Below are positions 1 to 10,994 of a stretch of 64,000 nucleotides of DNA, piece after piece. Under the pieces are notes generated by a model. It was not told the DNA's origin. It ran no database searches and saw nothing but the letters and a program-made list of their open reading frames with translations. Position numbers and translations under genes: made by a program. How positions within the stretch are numbered: the stretch's first letter is position 1; each line of letters begins with the position of its first letter. This stretch comes from Escherichia coli (lineage in GTDB: Bacteria > Pseudomonadota > Gammaproteobacteria > Enterobacterales > Enterobacteriaceae), in assembly GCF_003334765.1 (NCBI RefSeq), contig NZ_QOWT01000002.1; one strand, given 5' to 3'.

Positions 1-734
<734 letters not shown>

Positions 735-939
735 TTACTTTTAGTCGCTTTATTGCAGGTGAGATTTGCGCGGCATCAACGGTAACACTTAAGTAACAAC
801 ATTTAAATAATGTTTATAAATTATATTCTAATTTTAGAAACATTATAATTTCGTTGATTAATTATAGGGTTATTAGAAATGAAGGGATTTTTAGCATATT
901 GACCTGACGGCAGCAGTCCGCCAGGTCAGCGTCGTAATA

Positions 940-2583
940 TTATGCCGTCCGGGCAACGGCATCACGCGAAGCGGCATCGCGCTCTTCGCCCGTCAGCTCG
1001 CTAAGTTGCCCATTGCGCATTTCCAGCAGGCGGTCGGCGTGGATAAAGTAATGATCATCATGACTGATAGCGAAAATAGTTTTACCCATCTCCTGCATCA
1101 GCGGCAGCAACACCTGATAAAACTCACGACGGAAGTGTGGATCCTGATCCGCCGCCCATTCATCCAGCAGGATAATATCGCGTTCTTCTGCCAGCGCCAG
1201 CAACAGCGCCACGCGTTTTTTCTGCCCTTTTGATAACTTCAGGTTAACAATACGCCCGTTGCTTAACTCAAGCTTATGAGCCATTTTCAGCTGCGCCAGC
1301 CACTTCTCAACCAGTTGCGGGTTAGCGGGTTTACCCTCCGGCCCCAGCAGTTGATTAAACAGCCAGACATCGGTAAACACTGCCGAAAACAGTTTGCGAT
1401 AATCTTCCGGTTGTTCGCCGCTGACAGGTTTGCCATCCAGCAAGATTTCGCCGCTTTGTGGCTGATACAAGCCCGTCAACAACATCGCCAGCGTCGATTT
1501 TCCGCTACCGTTGCCGCCAATCAGAAACAGCAGCTCGCCACGTTTGATGGTGAGATTAATCGGACCAACGGAAAACGCGTTATCCTGATAAGCAAACGTC
1601 ACGTTACGCAGCTCCAGCGTTTGCCAGTTGGGAAACGCCTGCGGGCGCGGAAACTCTGCTTTGAAAGGCGCGAGCGCGAATTTGTTCAGCTTGTTAAACG
1701 CCACCTGCGCCGTCAGCAGCGTCGGCAATGCGCCAACCGCCGAAAGCAGCGGCGTACGCAGGAATAAAAGCGTCAACGAATAGGTCGCGGCAACGTTGGT
1801 ATCAGCCCAACCGAGGCTGTTCGCCATCCAGAACACCAGGCCGATTGCGCCCAGCATCATGATGTTTGACCAGTTCACGGCACTAAGATGGAAGGTGTCT
1901 GCGCGAATAATATGGTGGCGATACTCTTGCGCATCAGGAATGTAGAGGTTGTTAAACACATACTCGGCGCGTTCCCGGTTCAGAGTCAGCTCTTTGCGCC
2001 CTTCAAGTACAGTTTGAAAATCCGTGTACAGCTTGTCTTCGGTTTCACGCAGGGTCGCCATATGTTTGTACACCCGCGCCACCAGCACAAAACCGCCCCA
2101 GATGGTGATCGCCATCCAGATAGCCGTTACCAGCAACATTTTGCCCGACAGCATCCACAGATACGCCGCTGAACCGATAGTGAGAATGATCCCCTGCACC
2201 AGTTCCGGCAGACGCACAAAAGCAATGGTGATATTGCGCACATCGCTGGTTAACCCCGCCAGCAACGAGGCGCTACCGAGTTGTTCAATGCGCTCGACGT
2301 GAGTATCCAGAATCCGCTTGATAAATTCACTACGCAGTCGGTAAACGAAGTGATGCCCCAAAGTGGTGAGCGCCAGTTGCGATCCGAGAGTGACTGCCAT
2401 CAACAGCAGCAATAATCCCAGAAACTCCGGCAACACCAGCAGACTGGTATCCGCCGTTTCGATAAGGCGCTGATTGATAAAAGCAATTAAGCCAATGCCT
2501 AATGCCGCACTGGCGAGGCTTAGCGCCATCACACTGATAAATGGCCAGCGATACTGCCGCCAGACAAGTACAAGAAGTTCCAT
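940..2583 (-). CDS. yojI: ABC transporter, fused permease/ATP-binding protein (microcin J25 efflux-type)
   Basis: 547 aa ORF; N-terminal TM helices, C-terminal Walker [15 protein letters not shown] signature [12 protein letters not shown], Walker B ILLDEWAA. Confidence 0.9.
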   Translation of the reverse strand: MELLVLVWRQYRWPFISVMALSLASAALGIGLIAFINQRLIETADTSLLVLPEFLGLLLLLMAVTLGSQLALTTLGHHFVYRLRSEFIKRILDTHVERIEQLGSASLLAGLTSDVRNITIAFVRLPELVQGIILTIGSAAYLWMLSGKMLLVTAIWMAITIWGGFVLVARVYKHMATLRETEDKLYTDFQTVLEGRKELTLNRERAEYVFNNLYIPDAQEYRHHIIRADTFHLSAVNWSNIMMLGAIGLVFWMANSLGWADTNVAATYSLTLLFLRTPLLSAVGALPTLLTAQVAFNKLNKFALAPFKAEFPRPQAFPNWQTLELRNVTFAYQDNAFSVGPINLTIKRGELLFLIGGNGSGKSTLAMLLTGLYQPQSGEILLDGKPVSGEQPEDYRKLFSAVFTDVWLFNQLLGPEGKPANPQLVEKWLAQLKMAHKLELSNGRIVNLKLSKGQKKRVALLLALAEERDIILLDEWAADQDPHFRREFYQVLLPLMQEMGKTIFAISHDDHYFIHADRLLEMRNGQLSELTGEERDAASRDAVARTA

Positions 2584-2658
2584 GCAGAAAACCCGGACAA
2601 TGAATTACAGCCCGCAGTTTAAACATCTTCGCGCGCACAGCAATAATAATTCTTATTT

Positions 2659-3309
2659 TTATTCTTTTTTACCTGCCTGACGGAATGTCAGGTTGTAGCG
2701 GCAGTCGATGGTGAGTGGATGAAACCCCGCTTTCAACGGTTGAATACCGTGATAAAACAGCCGCGATTCACCGCCCCATACCACCACATCGCCATGTTCC
2801 AACAACAAACGTTTGAGCGGATCATTTCGTTTCAGGCCGCCAAATTGAAAAATCGCGGGTAAGCCCAGAGAAACAGAAACAATTGGCGCGCGCAGATCCG
2901 GTTCGTCTTTATCCTGATGCAGCGACAGTTTCGCGCCAGGAGCGTAGCGGTTGATAAGACAAGCATCTGGCTGGAAATCTGGATAGCCCGCCGCCGTAGC
3001 CGCACGTTGACATAAATTATGAAAACTCTGTGGCATGGCGGGCCACGGTTTATTTGTTTGCGGATCAATGGGCGAATAGAGATAACCTTGCCGATGGGTC
3101 GTCCAGCCCAGATGCCCACAGTTGGTCATCGCCACCGACATGGTATATCCCCCGGGGGTGACCATCTGGCGAAACGGCGACTGGCTGGCAACGTCATTAA
3201 TATCGCGGATCAGTTGCTCCGCAGCGTTAAAAGCAAAACGCCGTAAAATTACCGCACCAGCCGCCAGTGGCTCTTGCCACGGTTCAGCATCGGCAAACAG
3301 ATCCAACAT
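2659..3309 (-). CDS. alkB: Alpha-ketoglutarate/Fe(II)-dependent dioxygenase, alkylated DNA repair
   Basis: 216 aa ORF recognised as AlkB (MLDLFADAEPWQEPLAAGAVILRRFA...); start overlaps ada stop, operon arrangement ada-alkB. Confidence 0.92.
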   Translation of the reverse strand: MLDLFADAEPWQEPLAAGAVILRRFAFNAAEQLIRDINDVASQSPFRQMVTPGGYTMSVAMTNCGHLGWTTHRQGYLYSPIDPQTNKPWPAMPQSFHNLCQRAATAAGYPDFQPDACLINRYAPGAKLSLHQDKDEPDLRAPIVSVSLGLPAIFQFGGLKRNDPLKRLLLEHGDVVVWGGESRLFYHGIQPLKAGFHPLTIDCRYNLTFRQAGKKE

Positions 3310-4373
3310 TACCTCTCCTCATTTTCAGCTTCGCGGCGCAGCAGTTGCGCTTTACGCGACACGCCCCAGCGGTAACCGGAAAGTGTGCCATCACCACGGA
3401 CCACCCGATGACAGGGTATTATGATAGCCAGCTTGTTGGCGGCACAGGCGCTGGCAACGGCCCGTACCGCTTTCGGTTTGCCGATGGCGTTAGCCAGTTG
3501 CTGATAACTGACGGTTTCACCGCAAGGTATCGTGCGCAGTGCCTGCCAGACTTGTTGCTGAAAAGCAGTGCCGCGAATGTCCAGCGGTAACGTCAGCGGC
3601 GTATCGCGTTGATTGAGGCTGGCGATCACTTCACGCACATGTTGCTGAAACATCAGATCGGCAGGCGCGTTGTCGGCAGCGGGAAACATCTGCTGCAACT
3701 CGCTGATTAGTGTCGCGTCATCATCGCCCAGCAATATCGCGCAAATCCCCCGCTCGCTTTCTGCCACCAGGCAACGACCCAGCTCACAATCAGCCAGCGC
3801 GTAACGCACCGCCAGATTTTCGCCACCGTGACGGAATTGTTTAGCCGTCATGCCCAGCGTTTCGTCAGCTTTGCGATAGTAACTGCTGCTGTCGGGGAAT
3901 CCGGCGTTAAGAATAGACGTCGTCACGCTCTCCCCTTTCGCCAGCGATTCGCGCAAACGGCGAGCGCGCCAGGCCTGTTGCCAGGCTTTAGGCGTCATTC
4001 CGGTAGTCGCTTTAAACAACCGATGTAGATGAAATGGACTCATCGCCACCTGGTCGGCTAAGGCTTCCAGCGTTACAGGCGTTTCCTGTTCCAGCAGTCG
4101 ACACGCGTGGGTGATTTTATCCAACCGATGTTGCTGGGCATTGGCTTTTTCTGGCTGACAACGTTTGCAGGGGCGAAAGCCAGCGGCGAGTGCCTCGCTG
4201 GCATTTGCGTAGAAGGAGACGTTTTCCCGCAAAGCATGTCTGGCGCGGCAAGACGGACGGCAAAAGATGCCTGTGGTACGCACGGCGAAAACGAATTCGC
4301 CGTCGGCATTCGGGTCGCGGGCTAAGACAGATTGCCAGCGTTGATCGTCAGTTAAGCATGTGGCTTTTTTCAT
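3309..4373 (-). CDS. ada: Bifunctional transcriptional activator / O6-methylguanine-DNA methyltransferase Ada
   Basis: 354 aa ORF; N-terminal Zn-Cys cluster (FRPCKRCQPEK), AraC-type HTH, C-terminal active site IPCHRV. Confidence 0.92.
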   Translation of the reverse strand: MKKATCLTDDQRWQSVLARDPNADGEFVFAVRTTGIFCRPSCRARHALRENVSFYANASEALAAGFRPCKRCQPEKANAQQHRLDKITHACRLLEQETPVTLEALADQVAMSPFHLHRLFKATTGMTPKAWQQAWRARRLRESLAKGESVTTSILNAGFPDSSSYYRKADETLGMTAKQFRHGGENLAVRYALADCELGRCLVAESERGICAILLGDDDATLISELQQMFPAADNAPADLMFQQHVREVIASLNQRDTPLTLPLDIRGTAFQQQVWQALRTIPCGETVSYQQLANAIGKPKAVRAVASACAANKLAIIIPCHRVVRGDGTLSGYRWGVSRKAQLLRREAENEER

Positions 4374-4435
4374 AATCAGCTCCCTGGTTAAGGATAGCCT
4401 TTAGGCTGCCCGGTCACCATCACGCAAAAACCAAC

Positions 4436-4455
4436 AATCTTGCGCTTTAATTTTT
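4436..4455 (-). promoter_or_regulatory. Ada box (AAAGCGCA element) in ada promoter
   Basis: Minus-strand sequence AAATTAAAGCGCAAGATTGTTGG about 60-80 nt upstream of ada ATG; matches remembered ada promoter/Ada box. Overlaps the 3' end of apbE. Confidence 0.45.
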
Positions 4456-5502
4456 TTCGCTGACAAGGAAGCTTTTAAACTGTGGTGACATCCAGGTTTT
4501 AAAGCTATCGCCTTCTTTGGTGATCATATAAACCGCCAGCCCTTCCCGGCGAACAACCTCTTTAGCTTTCTCCGGCCCGAGTACCATCAAGCCAGTATCC
4601 CAGGCATCGGCTTCCAGCGCCGTCGGAGCAATCACCGTCACGGATACCAGATTGTGTTCGATGGGACGCCCGGTTTGCGGATCGATAACATGGGAAAGAC
4701 GTTTGCCGTCCAGTTCGTAATAGTTACGGTAGCTGCCAGAGGTGCTAATCCCATGACCGTTGATATCCACCACAGCCTGAACCGCGTTTTCTTTATCGGT
4801 TGGTTTTTGAATCGCTACCCGCCACGGCAGGCCTTCACCGTTCATACCACGGCTGTTCAGCGCGCCGCCCACCGACACCAGATAGCGGGAAATCCCTTCC
4901 TGCTCCATCAAGCGTGCCAAATGATCGGCCGCATAGCCTTCGCCGACGGTGGAGAGATCGACATATAAATCCGGCAGGTCTTTTTGCAGATATTGCTGAT
5001 GCGACTGATTGATGACCGTCAGGTGCTGTAAGCCGGTTTTGGCTTTCATCGCATCGATCTGTTCCTGGCTCGGAATTTGAACCGGCTGTTGTTCCGGGCC
5101 AAAGCCCCACAGATTCACCAGCGGCCCGACGGTTATATCCATCGCGCCATCGGTCTTCGCGCCAATGCGCAGCGAGGTGGTGACGATATCGGCCATCGCT
5201 TCACTTACCGGCCACGGCGATAAACTTTGCGAGTCGTTAAAGCGCATCAGCGCGGAATCTTTTTTATAGGTCGAAAGCAGCTGATCGTCGGCGTCCAGTT
5301 GGGTCTGAATCTTTTCTTTAAGTTCGGCGCTGCGTTTGGCGTCAATGCCCGGGATGCTGGCACGCCAGAAGGTACCCATAGTTTTGCCTTCAAGAACGGT
5401 AACTTCAGTAGCGTGGGTTTTGGCGGGTTGTGGTTTTTGATCGCAACCAACAAAGAAGAGCGCGGCAGCCAGCAGTGCCACGCGGGTAAAGCTTATTTCC
5501 AT
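4447..5502 (-). CDS. apbE: FAD:protein FMN transferase (ApbE family lipoprotein)
   Basis: 351 aa ORF; signal peptide with lipobox LFFVGC; recognised ApbE sequence. Confidence 0.9.
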   Translation of the reverse strand: MEISFTRVALLAAALFFVGCDQKPQPAKTHATEVTVLEGKTMGTFWRASIPGIDAKRSAELKEKIQTQLDADDQLLSTYKKDSALMRFNDSQSLSPWPVSEAMADIVTTSLRIGAKTDGAMDITVGPLVNLWGFGPEQQPVQIPSQEQIDAMKAKTGLQHLTVINQSHQQYLQKDLPDLYVDLSTVGEGYAADHLARLMEQEGISRYLVSVGGALNSRGMNGEGLPWRVAIQKPTDKENAVQAVVDINGHGISTSGSYRNYYELDGKRLSHVIDPQTGRPIEHNLVSVTVIAPTALEADAWDTGLMVLGPEKAKEVVRREGLAVYMITKEGDSFKTWMSPQFKSFLVSEKN

Positions 5503-5572
5503 ACGTGATTATCCTCATGCGAACGGTCGCAAGAGTACACCAAAAAACTGAGTTTGTACGCTGAAAACAATG

Positions 5573-5597
5573 AAAAAAGGGCCCGCAGGCCCTTTGT
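5573..5597 (-). terminator. Rho-independent terminator downstream of ompC
   Basis: GC-rich inverted repeat GGGCCTGCGGGCCC followed by T-run on minus strand (plus strand reads aaaaaagggcccgcaggcccttt), 17-40 nt past ompC stop. Confidence 0.65.
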
Positions 5598-5613
5598 TCG
5601 ATATCAATCGAGA

Positions 5614-6732
<1,119 letters not shown>

Positions 6733-6854
6733 TTATATGCCTTTATTTGCTTTTTTATGCCACTGCATACTGATTAACCCTCATTAATCAGTCGGCAAGT
6801 CCATTCTCCCCAAAAATGCAGAATAATCCAACACGAATATGATACTAAAACTTT

Positions 6855-6896
6855 TAAGATGTTTCATTTATCGCTATAGATGTTTCAAAATGTAAA
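6855..6896 (-). promoter_or_regulatory. OmpR binding boxes in ompC/micF divergent control region
   Basis: Minus-strand TTTACATTTTGAAACATCTA (6877-6896) and adjacent GCGATAAATGAAACATCTTA match the OmpR phospho-OmpR box pattern upstream of ompC. Confidence 0.55.
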
Positions 6897-7051
6897 TGCA
6901 AGGGAACTTTTTAAGATTATTGCGGAATGGCGAAATAAGCACCTAACATCAAGCAATAATAATTCAAGGTTAAAATCAATAACTTATTCTTAAGTATTTG
7001 ACAGCACTGAATGTCAAAACAAAACCTTCACTCGCAACTAGAATAACTCCC

Positions 7052-7144
7052 GCTATCATCATTAACTTTATTTATTACCGTCATTCATTTCTGAATGTCT
7101 GTTTACCCCTATTTCAACCGGATGCCTCGCATTCGGTTTTTTTT
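7052..7144 (+). ncRNA. micF: MicF antisense sRNA (represses ompF translation)
   Basis: GCTATCATCATTAACTTTATTTATTACCGTCATTCATTTCTGAATGTCTGTTTACCCCTATTTCAACCGGATGCCTCGCATTCGGTTTTTTTT: recognised micF sequence ending in hairpin plus U-run, divergent from ompC. Confidence 0.85.
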
Positions 7145-7455
7145 ACCCTTCTTTACACACTTTTCATTATTCTGTGCTACCACAGAAAAACTATAACGCT
7201 TGTTAACTATTTCACAAATAATTAACATCCGCATAATTTCCAGCAATCTTTGTTTATTTGCAATTATTTTTGTTGGGCTTTTTGTAGGTTATTTGTACAG
7301 CAAAATGGCGCTTGTACATCTATTTCCCCCAATGCAGGATGATAAATATCACGGGAGAATAGAGAATCATCAATCAGGTAAGAGTCTGGAATTTCACACT
7401 GTACCCTTTATACTGCCCTATCACTTCGCGAAGTTTTAACAGGTCATAAACACGA

Positions 7456-10128
7456 ATGCGTCAGAAAGAGACAACGGCCACGACCCGCTTTTCACTCCTA
7501 CCGGGGAGCATTACCCGCTTCTTTTTACTGTTGATCATTGTGTTACTGGTGACGATGGGTGTAATGGTACAAAGCGCCGTTAACGCCTGGCTGAAAGATA
7601 AAAGTTACCAGATTGTCGACATTACCCATGCTATCCAAAAGCGCGTCGATAACTGGCGTTACGTGACCTGGCAGATCTACGACAACATTGCCGCGACGAC
7701 CTCCCCCTCCTCCGGCGAAGGTTTACAAGAGACGCGCCTGAAACAGGATGTCTACTATCTGGAGAAACCACGCCGCAAAACGGAAGCGTTAATCTTTGGC
7801 TCTCACGACAACTCAACGCTTGAGATGACTCAGCGGATGTCCACTTATCTGGATACATTGTGGGGCGCAGAAAATGTACCGTGGTCGATGTATTACCTGA
7901 ATGGTCAGGATAACAGTCTGGTGCTGATCTCAACCCTACCCCTTAAAGATCTCACCTCCGGATTTAAAGAATCGACCGTCAGCGACATTGTTGATTCACG
8001 TCGTGCAGAGATGTTGCAACAGGCCAACGCCCTCGATGAACGCGAAAGCTTTTCTAACATGCGCCGCCTGGCCTGGCAGAACGGTCATTACTTTACATTG
8101 CGTACTACCTTTAACCAGCCAGGACATCTGGCAACGGTCGTGGCTTTTGATCTGCCGATTAATGATTTGATCCCACCGGGTATGCCGCTGGACAGTTTCC
8201 GCCTTGAGCCAGACGCGACGGCAACGGGAAACAATGATAATGAGAAAGAAGGGACGGATAGCGTCAGTATCCACTTTAACAGTACGAAGATTGAAATCTC
8301 CTCGGCACTCAACTCTACCGATATGCGCCTGGTCTGGCAGGTTCCTTATGGCACCTTATTGCTGGATACGTTGCAAAACATTCTGCTGCCACTGCTGCTG
8401 AACATCGGTTTGCTGGCGCTGGCGTTATTTGGCTATACCACATTCCGCCATTTCTCCAGCCGCAGTACAGAAAACGTCCCCAGCACGGCGGTCAATAACG
8501 AATTGCGCATTTTACGGGCAATCAATGAAGAGATAGTCTCACTGCTGCCGCTCGGCCTGCTGGTTCACGATCAGGAATCGAACCGCACTGTCATAAGTAA
8601 CAAAATTGCCGATCATTTGCTGCCGCATTTGAATCTGCAAAACATCACCACCATGGCGGAACAGCATCAGGGGATTATTCAGGCGACGATCAATAACGAG
8701 CTGTATGAGATCCGCATGTTCCGCAGCCAGGTCGCGCCGCGCACACAAATTTTCATTATTCGCGATCAGGATCGCGAAGTGCTGGTAAACAAGAAACTCA
8801 AGCAGGCGCAGCGTCTGTATGAGAAAAACCAGCAGGGGCGGATGATCTTTATGAAAAACATTGGCGATGCGCTGAAAGAACCCGCACAGTCCCTGGCGGA
8901 GAGCGCGGCTAAACTCAACGCCCCGGAAAGCAAACAACTGGCGAATCAGGCAGATGTGCTGGTGCGGCTGGTTGATGAAATACAGTTAGCGAACATGCTT
9001 GCGGATGATAGCTGGAAAAGTGAGACGGTGCTGTTATCCGTGCAGGATTTAATTGATGAAGTTGTGCCTTCAGTGTTGCCTGCCATCAAGCGTAAAGGTC
9101 TGCAACTGCTGATTAACAATCATCTGAAAGCACACGATATGCGCCGCGGCGATCGCGATGCCTTACGACGTATTTTGCTGCTACTGATGCAATATGCCGT
9201 GACCTCAACGCAATTGGGAAAAATCACCCTTGAGGTTGATCAGGATGAGTCCTCCGAAGACCGCCTGACGTTCCGCATTCTGGACACGGGAGAAGGCGTA
9301 AGTATTCATGAAATGGATAATTTGCACTTCCCGTTTATCAACCAGACCCAAAACGATCGCTATGGCAAGGCGGACCCGCTGGCATTCTGGCTGAGCGATC
9401 AACTGGCACGTAAACTGGGCGGTCATTTAAACATCAAAACGCGGGATGGGCTTGGTACACGCTACTCTGTGCATATCAAAATGCTCGCAGCTGACCCGGA
9501 AGTTGAAGAGGAAGAAGAGCGTTTACTGGATGATGTCTGCGTAATGGTGGATGTTACTTCGGCAGAAATTCGGAATATTGTCACTCGCCAGTTAGAAAAT
9601 TGGGGTGCAACCTGTATCACACCCGATGAAAGATTAATTAGTCAAGATTATGATATCTTTTTAACGGATAATCCGTCTAATCTTACTGCCTCTGGCTTGC
9701 TTTTAAGCGATGATGAGTCTGGCGTACGGGAAATTGGGCCTGGTCAATTGTGCGTCAACTTCAATATGAGCAACGCTATGCAGGAAGCGGTCTTACAATT
9801 AATTGAAGTGCAACTGGCGCAGGAAGAGGTGACAGAATCGCCTCTGGGCGGAGATGAAAATGCGCAACTCCATGCCAGCGGCTATTATGCGCTCTTTGTA
9901 GACACAGTACCGGATGATGTTAAGAGGCTGTATACTGAAGCAGCAACCAGTGACTTTGCTGCGTTAGCCCAAACGGCTCATCGTCTTAAAGGCGTATTTG
10001 CCATGCTAAATCTGGTACCCGGCAAGCAGTTATGTGAAACGCTGGAACATCTGATTCGTGAGAAGGATGTTCCAGGAATAGAAAAATACATCAGCGACAT
10101 TGACAGTTATGTCAAGAGCTTGCTGTAG
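7456..10128 (+). CDS. rcsD: Rcs phosphorelay phosphotransfer protein RcsD (YojN)
   Basis: 890 aa ORF; two N-terminal TM segments, degenerate kinase-like core, C-terminal HPt domain; followed by rcsB. Confidence 0.92.
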   Translation: MRQKETTATTRFSLLPGSITRFFLLLIIVLLVTMGVMVQSAVNAWLKDKSYQIVDITHAIQKRVDNWRYVTWQIYDNIAATTSPSSGEGLQETRLKQDVYYLEKPRRKTEALIFGSHDNSTLEMTQRMSTYLDTLWGAENVPWSMYYLNGQDNSLVLISTLPLKDLTSGFKESTVSDIVDSRRAEMLQQANALDERESFSNMRRLAWQNGHYFTLRTTFNQPGHLATVVAFDLPINDLIPPGMPLDSFRLEPDATATGNNDNEKEGTDSVSIHFNSTKIEISSALNSTDMRLVWQVPYGTLLLDTLQNILLPLLLNIGLLALALFGYTTFRHFSSRSTENVPSTAVNNELRILRAINEEIVSLLPLGLLVHDQESNRTVISNKIADHLLPHLNLQNITTMAEQHQGIIQATINNELYEIRMFRSQVAPRTQIFIIRDQDREVLVNKKLKQAQRLYEKNQQGRMIFMKNIGDALKEPAQSLAESAAKLNAPESKQLANQADVLVRLVDEIQLANMLADDSWKSETVLLSVQDLIDEVVPSVLPAIKRKGLQLLINNHLKAHDMRRGDRDALRRILLLLMQYAVTSTQLGKITLEVDQDESSEDRLTFRILDTGEGVSIHEMDNLHFPFINQTQNDRYGKADPLAFWLSDQLARKLGGHLNIKTRDGLGTRYSVHIKMLAADPEVEEEEERLLDDVCVMVDVTSAEIRNIVTRQLENWGATCITPDERLISQDYDIFLTDNPSNLTASGLLLSDDESGVREIGPGQLCVNFNMSNAMQEAVLQLIEVQLAQEEVTESPLGGDENAQLHASGYYALFVDTVPDDVKRLYTEAATSDFAALAQTAHRLKGVFAMLNLVPGKQLCETLEHLIREKDVPGIEKYISDIDSYVKSLL

Positions 10129-10144
10129 CAAGGTAGCCTATTAC

Positions 10145-10795
10145 ATGAACAATATGAACGTAATTATTGCCGATGACCATCCGATAGTCTTGTTCGGTAT
10201 TCGCAAATCACTTGAGCAAATTGAGTGGGTGAATGTTGTCGGCGAATTTGAAGACTCTACAGCACTGATCAACAACCTGCCGAAACTGGATGCGCATGTG
10301 TTGATTACCGATCTCTCCATGCCTGGCGATAAGTACGGCGATGGCATTACCTTAATCAAGTACATCAAGCGCCATTTCCCAAGCCTGTCGATCATTGTTC
10401 TGACTATGAACAACAACCCGGCGATTCTTAGTGCGGTATTGGATCTGGATATCGAAGGGATCGTGCTGAAACAAGGTGCACCGACCGATCTGCCGAAAGC
10501 TCTCGCCGCGCTGCAGAAAGGGAAGAAATTTACCCCGGAAAGCGTTTCTCGCCTGTTGGAAAAAATCAGTGCTGGTGGTTACGGTGACAAGCGTCTCTCG
10601 CCAAAAGAGAGTGAAGTTCTGCGCCTGTTTGCGGAAGGCTTCCTGGTGACCGAGATCGCTAAAAAGCTGAACCGCAGTATTAAAACCATCAGTAGCCAGA
10701 AGAAATCTGCGATGATGAAGCTGGGTGTCGAGAACGATATCGCCCTGCTGAATTATCTCTCTTCAGTGACCTTAAGTCCGGCAGATAAAGACTAA
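10145..10795 (+). CDS. rcsB: Response regulator RcsB (LuxR/FixJ family)
   Basis: Start trimmed from ORF track to MNNMNVIIADDHPIVLFG... (216 aa); receiver domain plus C-terminal LuxR HTH. Confidence 0.93.
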   Translation: MNNMNVIIADDHPIVLFGIRKSLEQIEWVNVVGEFEDSTALINNLPKLDAHVLITDLSMPGDKYGDGITLIKYIKRHFPSLSIIVLTMNNNPAILSAVLDLDIEGIVLKQGAPTDLPKALAALQKGKKFTPESVSRLLEKISAGGYGDKRLSPKESEVLRLFAEGFLVTEIAKKLNRSIKTISSQKKSAMMKLGVENDIALLNYLSSVTLSPADKD

Positions 10796-10796
10796 T

Positions 10797-10990
<194 letters not shown>

Positions 10991-10994
10991 CGTC

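Noticed and set aside
900..932. Imperfect inverted repeat downstream of yojI stop
   Set aside because: Stem is interrupted and not followed by a U-tract on the minus strand; too weak to call a terminator.
4073..4375. Small overlapping ORFs (61-78 aa) inside ada
   Set aside because: All are out-of-frame shadows within a well-supported CDS.
6998..7439. Two small ORFs (75 and 79 aa) in the ompC-rcsD intergenic region
   Set aside because: The first overlaps micF; both are in AT-rich promoter DNA with hydrophobic low-complexity translations and no SD. A genuine small protein cannot be excluded but nothing supports one.
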